This document shows positions 57,725 through 64,000 of a stretch of 64,000 nucleotides of DNA, piece by piece; positions within the stretch are counted from its first letter, which is position 1; every line of letters starts with the position of its first letter. Source of the DNA: Longimicrobiales bacterium. GTDB lineage: Bacteria; Gemmatimonadota; Gemmatimonadetes; Longimicrobiales; Gaopeijiaceae. The stretch is taken from contig OZ250165.1 of NCBI GenBank assembly GCA_965238005.1, forward strand, positions 1,856,001 to 1,920,000, in the 5' to 3' direction. The position numbers and the translations under genes are program-made. The notes under the pieces were generated by a model. The model searched no databases. It had not been told where the DNA came from and saw only the letters and a list, made by a program, of their open reading frames with translations.

Positions 57725-58717
57725 TCACCCGGCGAAGGTCTCCTCGGCGTGAGCGAGAATCTCGGACGGGATCACCGTCGCCACACCCGCCTTCGCCACC
57801 TCGAGGGCCGCCGCGTGGTTGGCCAAGATAGCGGATTCCAGCGCCGTCCCGCCTGCCGCCAGACACACGCCGAGAACCGCCGTCACCGTGTCCCCGGCCC
57901 CGGAAACGTCGTACACCGAGCGCGCCGAGGTCGGCAGGAGTACTGTCTCGGCTCCCTCCGAGTGAAGCGCCATGCCCTGCTCGCCCAAAGTGAGCAGAAG
58001 ATGGTGGCACGCCAGGCGGTCCCGAACCGCCTCCATCCAGGTCGCGTCGTAGGGCCGCAGAGGTTCGCCCAGGGCGTCCTCCAGCTCCTTGGCGTTGGGC
58101 TTGAACACCGTGACGCCCGGATACTCGAAGAAGCGCTGGCGCTTCGGGTCCACGACGGATGGGATGTCCGACTCTGCGGCGGCAGTCACGACCGCCGTCA
58201 CCACCGAAGGCACCAGGACGCCTTTGTTGTAGTCCTGTATCGCGACGGCCGAGCATGCGCTCGACAGCCTGCGGGCCGCCTCCGCCAGCCGGTCCGCCGT
58301 CTCCTCATCGATGTCGCCGACCTGCTCACGGTCCACCCGGACGACCTGCTGATGGCGGGCCATGACCCGCGTCTTCACGGTCGTGGGACGCTGCGGGGCC
58401 GCCACGAGCCCATCGAGGTCGACGCCCAGCTCCGCCAGCTCGCCTCTGAGCTCCCGGCCCGCCTCGTCGACGCCCACACAGCCCACTACGGCGCACCCGG
58501 CCCCCAGCGCCACCACGTTCGCGGCGACGTTGGCCGCGCCTCCCACAGCCGACGAGTCTTCCTCGACGTGCACCACCGGGACCGGGGCCTCGGGCGAGAT
58601 GCGCGCCACCCGACCCGAGATGTACCGATCCAGCATCACGTCGCCCACCACCAGGACCCGGACGTCCCGGGCCATCTCCAGGAGCTCGGCTATGCGGTCA
58701 ACGCCGAGTCGGTTCAA
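57725..58717 (-). CDS. rfaE1: D-glycero-beta-D-manno-heptose-7-phosphate kinase
   Basis: VVGDVMLDRY, RISPEAPVPV, GGAANVA, DYNKG, DVSGAGDTV; TTG start overlaps the upstream stop. Confidence 0.92.
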   Translation of the reverse strand: MNRLGVDRIAELLEMARDVRVLVVGDVMLDRYISGRVARISPEAPVPVVHVEEDSSAVGGAANVAANVVALGAGCAVVGCVGVDEAGRELRGELAELGVDLDGLVAAPQRPTTVKTRVMARHQQVVRVDREQVGDIDEETADRLAEAARRLSSACSAVAIQDYNKGVLVPSVVTAVVTAAAESDIPSVVDPKRQRFFEYPGVTVFKPNAKELEDALGEPLRPYDATWMEAVRDRLACHHLLLTLGEQGMALHSEGAETVLLPTSARSVYDVSGAGDTVTAVLGVCLAAGGTALESAILANHAAALEVAKAGVATVIPSEILAHAEETFAG

Positions 58718-59850
58718 GTCGCCTGCTCCGCCGCCATCGGTTTGGCGGCGGCGCTGAACGGCTGCCGTCCCCGGGCCTCGAGGGGCCAGCGCTCCAGCGC
58801 TCCGTCGACCAGGACCAGTAGCTCGTCCTGAAGATTCACGGACACGCACACGTGGTTGGGGAGCACTCGAACCAGCTCTCCCACCTCGGGACGCCAGTCG
58901 CTCCTGTTGAGGTCGAGGACGCCGTGCTCCTCCGAGACTGCCTTGAGGACCACTTCGGGGTGGTCCAGGAGAACACCGAACCCCTCATCCCCTCCCCTGC
59001 CCTCCTTCGCCAGGGCTTTGGAGCCCGCGTCGATGACGGCCTGGCCCCGTATCGACGTGCTCACCACCGTGGCCAGGACCGTGTAGGCCATGTCCTCGGA
59101 ATCGGCGACACCGATGGTGAGACCCTCTCGATCGAAGAAGATGGCCGTCCCGCTCCGGATCTCCGTGAGACCCGGCAGCTCGTGGCTGCGCCACAGGGTC
59201 GGCGTGGAGCCACCGCTCACCACCTCCGGTGACAGCCCCGCCCCCTCCAGAGCCTCGTAGAGCTCCCGGAGGTCGGAAGCCAGGACCTCGAGCTCGGCGT
59301 CCTGCCCATCCTGGGGTCCACGGATGTGGCCCGGGTAGAACATGAGCCCCACATACTCGACCCCCTCGAAGTCCCGAACCCGGCTTGCCAGACGGACGGC
59401 ATCTTCTTTGGTCTCCAGGCCCACACGGTTCATGCCCAGGTCGACTTCCACCAGAATCCTGACGGATCGTCCCGCTCGCCGAGCCGCGGCGGCCACGGCC
59501 CTCAGGGCCGCCTCCGAGTCGAGCCCCACGGAGAGCCGCACACGCTCCGGTATGGCCATGACCCGATCCAGCTTCGAGTCCCCCATGACGGGATAGGCCA
59601 GAAGCAGGTCGTCGCACACCGTGGACATGACCTCCGCCTCCCGGGGCGTGGCCACCGTCAGGCCCTGTACTCCGGCCTCGACTTGGAGGCGGGCCAGACG
59701 GGTGCACTTGTGCGTCTTGATGTGGGGACACCACGAAATGTCGTGCTCACGGCAGTAGGCGACTACCCGCTCAAGATTGGCCCTGACCTTGGCGAGGTCG
59801 GCGACCCCGACCGGGGTCTCGACGGCTGCCAACGAGGAATGAACGGACAT
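58714..59850 (-). CDS. Fold-type III PLP enzyme, D-serine dehydratase / D-threonine aldolase (DSD1) family
   Basis: PHIKTHK, SGGSTPT, DAGSKAL, SEEHG, PNHVC. Confidence 0.88.
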   Translation of the reverse strand: MSVHSSLAAVETPVGVADLAKVRANLERVVAYCREHDISWCPHIKTHKCTRLARLQVEAGVQGLTVATPREAEVMSTVCDDLLLAYPVMGDSKLDRVMAIPERVRLSVGLDSEAALRAVAAAARRAGRSVRILVEVDLGMNRVGLETKEDAVRLASRVRDFEGVEYVGLMFYPGHIRGPQDGQDAELEVLASDLRELYEALEGAGLSPEVVSGGSTPTLWRSHELPGLTEIRSGTAIFFDREGLTIGVADSEDMAYTVLATVVSTSIRGQAVIDAGSKALAKEGRGGDEGFGVLLDHPEVVLKAVSEEHGVLDLNRSDWRPEVGELVRVLPNHVCVSVNLQDELLVLVDGALERWPLEARGRQPFSAAAKPMAAEQAT

Positions 59851-59871
59851 AGGCGTCGCCCGGAACCCCTC

Positions 59872-60053
59872 AGTGTCCCGTTGCCAAAGTGTCTCGGCCA
59901 GTCGAGGGCACGGTGCATCCGTGGGCTCGGCGTTGGGACTCCTTACGACCACGCTTCGCGCGGTGCCCGCTTGCGCTACGCCGCGTCGTCCCGCCTTGAT
60001 CCCACGGCGCCCCGACCCTCTTGGTGGCTCGCGAACTTCGGCAACGGAACACT
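59872..60053. mobile_element. MITE-like element 3 (~180 bp)
   Basis: AGTGTCCCGTTGCCAAAGT (59872-59890) / ACTTCGGCAACGGAACACT (60035-60053), 17/19 inverted match; right end overlaps the TlpA stop (CTAG). Confidence 0.78.
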
Positions 60054-60570
60054 AGTGAAGGGCATCCTCCAGGGCGGCCAGGAACTCGGGGTCGTCCTCG
60101 ATGATCGGGCCGAGCCGAGCGAACAGGATCATTCCCTCTGCGTCGATGAGGAATGAGGCCGGCAGCCCGATGGCGGCGAAGACGTCGGTGGAGACCATGT
60201 CCGGATCGAGAAGGATGTCGTAGGTGACGCCCTTGTCGGCCAGGAACTGCCCCACCGCGTCCAGGGAAGCCCTGGAGTCCACCGAGACTCCGACGATCTT
60301 GAGCCCCCGCTCCTGATGCTCCTCGTAGACCGACTCCAGGTAGGGTATCTCGAAGCGGCAGGGCCCACACCAGGTGGCCCACAGATTCACCAGGACCGGA
60401 CTGCCTCGGAAATCGGCCAACGACACCGTCTTGCCGTCTTCCAGGGCTATGGCCTCGAAGTCCGGAGCCTGGTCGCCTACCCGGGGGGGACGAAGGTCCG
60501 CACCAGCACCGATACACGCCGTGACGAACAGGAGGAGGGCCAGCCGGGCGCCTCGATACAGTACGCTCAT
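60052..60570 (-). CDS. TlpA/ResA-family thiol-disulfide oxidoreductase lipoprotein
   Basis: Lipobox VTAC, APDF, VNLWATWCGPC..E.P. Confidence 0.92.
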   Translation of the reverse strand: MSVLYRGARLALLLFVTACIGAGADLRPPRVGDQAPDFEAIALEDGKTVSLADFRGSPVLVNLWATWCGPCRFEIPYLESVYEEHQERGLKIVGVSVDSRASLDAVGQFLADKGVTYDILLDPDMVSTDVFAAIGLPASFLIDAEGMILFARLGPIIEDDPEFLAALEDALH

Positions 60571-61805
60571 TCCAAAGCCTCGATTGTCCTTGCCATCCGT
60601 ATGTTGCGGGCTTCGCCCGACTCGGTCCAGGCGAACACGATTCGGCCTCGCCCGTCTCGTATCATCCGAGGGAAGCCACTGTCACGCCCCGACGACGTAG
60701 CGGTCACCAGGCTCGCGGCTCCGGACCGGCCGTCGGGAAACACCCGGCGCACCCGTACCTCTCCGGACTCGGGAGTGCGCTCCAGCCAGGCGACGAGCGC
60801 CGACCCGTCTCCAAGAAGCACAACGTCCACCCGCCCCAAAGGGTTCCCGTCGTCGATCCTCATCGGAGCCCCGAACGTCGCGCCCGCGTCCGCCGAAAAC
60901 GCCACCTGCACCTTCGGCTGGTCGTCGGCCGCGGTGAACCAGGCGACCGCCACGGCCTCGTCCCGGGCCGCGACGGCGGGACCGTTCACCGGACAGGCCG
61001 CAATGACCCACCCGTCCTGGTGCACGGGGACACCCGCCGTCCACTGGTCGCCCACCAGTCGGATCACGTAGATGTCCCGTACCTCCGAGTCCGACCGATC
61101 TCTGTAGACGACGACGGGCCCGGCCGAGGTGACGGCCCCGTCGGTCTGACAGCAGTCACAAATGCCTTCGTCCACGACGACCTCGGGTCCGGGCGTGCCG
61201 TCCGAGGCGACCTCCCGGTAGCGGAGCGTCATGGCGCCGCGGGAGCCTTCGCCCCCGGCCCCTCCGGCCGTTTCACGCCCGTCGAGCCAGACCATCCCCA
61301 TGCCCCCGTCGGCAAGTGGAAACATGGAGACGAACCCGTGCTCCGTGGGGGTCCCGTCCTCGTGGGGAGTCCACGGCTCGGACCACGTCTGTCCCCCGTC
61401 GGAGGACCGTGCGACCCGAATCCCGTAGTCGTAGCCGCCCTCCGGCCCGCGGACCAGCCAGTGGGCGGCCAGCGCCCCCGCGCCCACGGGCCAGAGGGCC
61501 GCGAAGTCGGCCCAGTTCACGAACAACTTGGCGTCGTGCCTGGATCGAGCGACGGTGTGCGTGGCGGACCACCCTTCATCGCCCAAAGTCGCCGTCTTAA
61601 CGAACCAGGCGTCGTTTTCGTCAGACTCTTGCCAGCTCAAGACGACCCTGTCCCCGTAGGTGGACAGCCCCGGCCACATGGTGCCCTCTCCGGGAGGCAG
61701 GTCCAGCACTTCGAGCTCACCGAGGCCGGGCACGGGGCGGTCACCCCACGTGCAGGACAGGAAGGCCAGAGGAAGCGCGAGCAGCCTGGAACGAAAGGAT
61801 GACAT
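60567..61805 (-). CDS. BNR/Asp-box beta-propeller (sialidase-like) lipoprotein
   Basis: SSDGGQTW and SADAGATF Asp boxes, NWADF, EHGFVS, CDCC, CPVNGP. Confidence 0.8.
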   Translation of the reverse strand: MSSFRSRLLALPLAFLSCTWGDRPVPGLGELEVLDLPPGEGTMWPGLSTYGDRVVLSWQESDENDAWFVKTATLGDEGWSATHTVARSRHDAKLFVNWADFAALWPVGAGALAAHWLVRGPEGGYDYGIRVARSSDGGQTWSEPWTPHEDGTPTEHGFVSMFPLADGGMGMVWLDGRETAGGAGGEGSRGAMTLRYREVASDGTPGPEVVVDEGICDCCQTDGAVTSAGPVVVYRDRSDSEVRDIYVIRLVGDQWTAGVPVHQDGWVIAACPVNGPAVAARDEAVAVAWFTAADDQPKVQVAFSADAGATFGAPMRIDDGNPLGRVDVVLLGDGSALVAWLERTPESGEVRVRRVFPDGRSGAASLVTATSSGRDSGFPRMIRDGRGRIVFAWTESGEARNIRMARTIEALE

Positions 61806-61849
61806 GTGGTGTCCCGTAAGAGTTCCTATGCGGGGGAGTGCGTCATTCC

Positions 61850-61865
61850 GGGCAGGAATCTTGCA
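61850..61865 (+). promoter_or_regulatory. Possible sigma-54 (-24/-12) promoter
   Basis: GGGCAGGAATCTTGCA has GG-N10-GC spacing and TTGCA; imperfect -24 box. Confidence 0.35.
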
Positions 61866-62102
61866 CAGGAGGTGGAACGGAGTAAAGGGCCGACGCTGGA
61901 ACCCGTCGACCCATCTGAGGCGTTCCCTTTCTGGAGGGCTCGCTTCGGACGACTGGGAGGGGACCCGGAGGATCGAGGTCGCGGGAGGCCGAAGTTGAGC
62001 TTTGGTTCGGTGAGGCAGTACTTTGCCGGTGGTTTAGGTTGGTCCGTCACAGATAAGAGGTGTTACATGAAGTTCCCCAACCGAGTTCGGGCCGTAGGGT
62101 CG

Positions 62103-64000
62103 ATGACGCGCCTGGTAGCCGCCCTCGCGGTATGTTCGGCCGTCCTGACTCTTCCCCTTCCCGCGTCGGCCCAGTACTTCGGGCGGAACAAGGTCCAGTA
62201 CGAGACCTTCGACTTCAAGGTCCTCAAGACGCCCCACTTCGACATCCACTTCTACCCGGAGGAGGGGGAGGCCGTCGAAGATGCGGCACGCATGAGCGAG
62301 CGCTGGTATGAGCGTTTGGCCCGCATGTTCCAGCACGAATTCGAGGAGCCCAAGCCCATCATCCTGTACGCGGACCATCCCGACTTCCAGCAGACCAATA
62401 CGCTCAGAGGAGCCCTCAGCGAGGGATTGGGTGGCGTCACGGAGTCGCTGAAGAATCGCGTCATCATGCCCCTCACGGGGTCCTATTGGGACACGGACCA
62501 CGTCCTCGGCCACGAGTTGGTCCATGCGTTCCAGTACAATGTGGCCCAGGGTCGCTCCGGGGCCGGAATCAGGGGCCTATCGCTCCTGCCCCTCTGGTTG
62601 ATCGAGGGGATGGCCGAGTACCTCTCGGTAGGCCGTGAGGACCCGCTCACCGCCATGTGGCTGAGAGATGCCATCCGGCGGGAGGACCTCCCCACCATCA
62701 GGGAGATGACCACCGAGCGTCGCTTCTTCCCCTATCGGTTCGGTCAGGCTCTGTGGGCTTACATCGGGGGCACGTACGGCGACGAAAGGGTCGTGGACCT
62801 CTTCCGGCGGTCCCTGCGCGTGGGTTGGGAGCCGGCACTTGCTCAGGTTCTGGGCACGTCCTCGGACAGTCTGTCCGTGGAGTGGCGGGACGCGGTGGAG
62901 AACGAATACCTCCCGCTCATGGGTGGGCGGCAGGCGCCCGGTGAGTCCGGAGCGCTGCTCCTCGCCCCGTCCACGGGGGCGGGCAAGACGAACGTCTCGC
63001 CTGCGGTGAGTCCTGACGGGCGGTTCGTCGCCTTCCTCTCGGAGAAGGACCTCTTCAGCATCGATCTCTTCGTCGCCGACGCCCGCACGGGTGAGATCCA
63101 ACGCAAGCTCGTGAGCGCCAACGCCGATCCCCACTTCGACGCCCTGCGGTTCATCGACTCCGCCGGGGACTGGTCCCCCGATGGGGAGAAGTTCGTGTTC
63201 GCGGTGTTCGCCCAGGGTGACAACGAGCTGGCCATAGTCGAGGTCAGCAGCGGCAACATCGAGCGGAAGATCGACCTGGACGAAGTCGGAGCCATCACCA
63301 GCCCCGCGTGGTCCCCGAACGGACAGTACATCGCCTTTTCGGGAATGCAGGGAGGCGTGAGCGATATCTACATCTGGGACATCGAGACCGGCGCCATGCG
63401 CCAGCTCACGAACGACAAGTTCGCCGACCTTCAGCCGACCTGGTCGCCCGACGGCACCACCATCGCCTTCGTCTCCGACCGAGGCAGCATCACGGATTTC
63501 GAGAACCTCGAGTACAGCAAGCCCCAGATCGCTTTCGCGAACTTCAGCACGGGCGAGGTCGAGGTGCTGGACATCTTCGGCAACGTGAAGCACATGAACC
63601 CGCAGTACGCCCCGGATGGCCGGAGCCTCTACTTCGTCTCGGATCAGGACGGCTTCAGCGACATCTACCAGTACGAGTTCGCCACCACGGACATCCGCCG
63701 CATCACACGTTTGTCCACTGCGGTGAGCGGGATCACTGGCATGTCGCCGACCTTCTCGGTGGCTCGCGAGGCGGGGACGATCCTCTTCACCGTCTTCGAC
63801 GCCTTCGAGTTCCACGTGTACAGCCTGCAGGCGGGGGAAGCGAACGCCGGTGGCGAGATCGTCACGGCCTCTGCAGAGCGTCATCCCGGGCGGCTCCTGC
63901 CCCCGAGCCTGCCGACGCGGTCGAGCCGAATCGCGGGTTATCTGGCCGATGCCCGGACCGGCCTCCAGCCCACCGGCACCTACCTGGTCGAGAACGCCGT
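62103..64000 (+). CDS. Secreted protein with HExxH peptidase-MA-like domain and TolB/PD40 propeller repeats (3' truncated by window)
   Basis: Not in the ORF track; reads MTRLVAALAV...AQYFGRNKVQY...GHELVHAFQY...PLWLIEGMAEY, then SPDG repeats. Confidence 0.85.
   Translation, partial: MTRLVAALAVCSAVLTLPLPASAQYFGRNKVQYETFDFKVLKTPHFDIHFYPEEGEAVEDAARMSERWYERLARMFQHEFEEPKPIILYADHPDFQQTNTLRGALSEGLGGVTESLKNRVIMPLTGSYWDTDHVLGHELVHAFQYNVAQGRSGAGIRGLSLLPLWLIEGMAEYLSVGREDPLTAMWLRDAIRREDLPTIREMTTERRFFPYRFGQALWAYIGGTYGDERVVDLFRRSLRVGWEPALAQVLGTSSDSLSVEWRDAVENEYLPLMGGRQAPGESGALLLAPSTGAGKTNVSPAVSPDGRFVAFLSEKDLFSIDLFVADARTGEIQRKLVSANADPHFDALRFIDSAGDWSPDGEKFVFAVFAQGDNELAIVEVSSGNIERKIDLDEVGAITSPAWSPNGQYIAFSGMQGGVSDIYIWDIETGAMRQLTNDKFADLQPTWSPDGTTIAFVSDRGSITDFENLEYSKPQIAFANFSTGEVEVLDIFGNVKHMNPQYAPDGRSLYFVSDQDGFSDIYQYEFATTDIRRITRLSTAVSGITGMSPTFSVAREAGTILFTVFDAFEFHVYSLQAGEANAGGEIVTASAERHPGRLLPPSLPTRSSRIAGYLADARTGLQPTGTYLVENA

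Noticed and set aside
60052..60570. Selenoprotein TlpA
   Set aside because: Active site is WCGPC with ordinary Cys codons

Overview
GC-rich bacterial chromosomal window from a diderm, LPS-producing organism. Gene order and protein types suggest Gemmatimonadota (inference). The first 20.8 kb is an all-plus-strand core block: pyrG-kdsA-kdsC-kdsD-lptC-lptA-lptB-rpoN, a lipid-linked glycosylation cluster (GT2, wecB, GT4, YfhO, flippase-like, Dol-P-Man synthase-like), then acyltransferase, D-aminoacylase, serine hydrolase and rlpA. A XerCD dif-like site sits at 20885-20912, inside a GATC-rich repeat array, where gene polarity begins to flip, so this is probably the replication terminus. Next comes an eroded, IS-rich zone: a poly-C frameshifted lipoprotein peptidase, IS481 cut by IS3, IS1182 and gene remnants. 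A long minus-strand block follows (lptE, Mrp antiporter operon, hemC, rfaE2, rph, rdgB, hldD). The rest holds an islet at tRNA-Sec with 100-bp direct repeats and an ECF sigma/anti-sigma pair, deoC-ALDH, a second IS3 copy, ridA/rfaE1/D-serine dehydratase-like, TlpA/BNR, and a partial peptidase-TolB-like gene. The most unusual signals are: (1) three small non-coding elements at stop codons with different terminal inverted repeats but a shared modular hairpin core; (2) the repeat-decorated dif region; (3) cassette-like accretion at selC; (4) a copy of the sigma factor's own region-4 sequence placed as a possible promoter. Product calls come from motif recognition by eye; no database searches were run.
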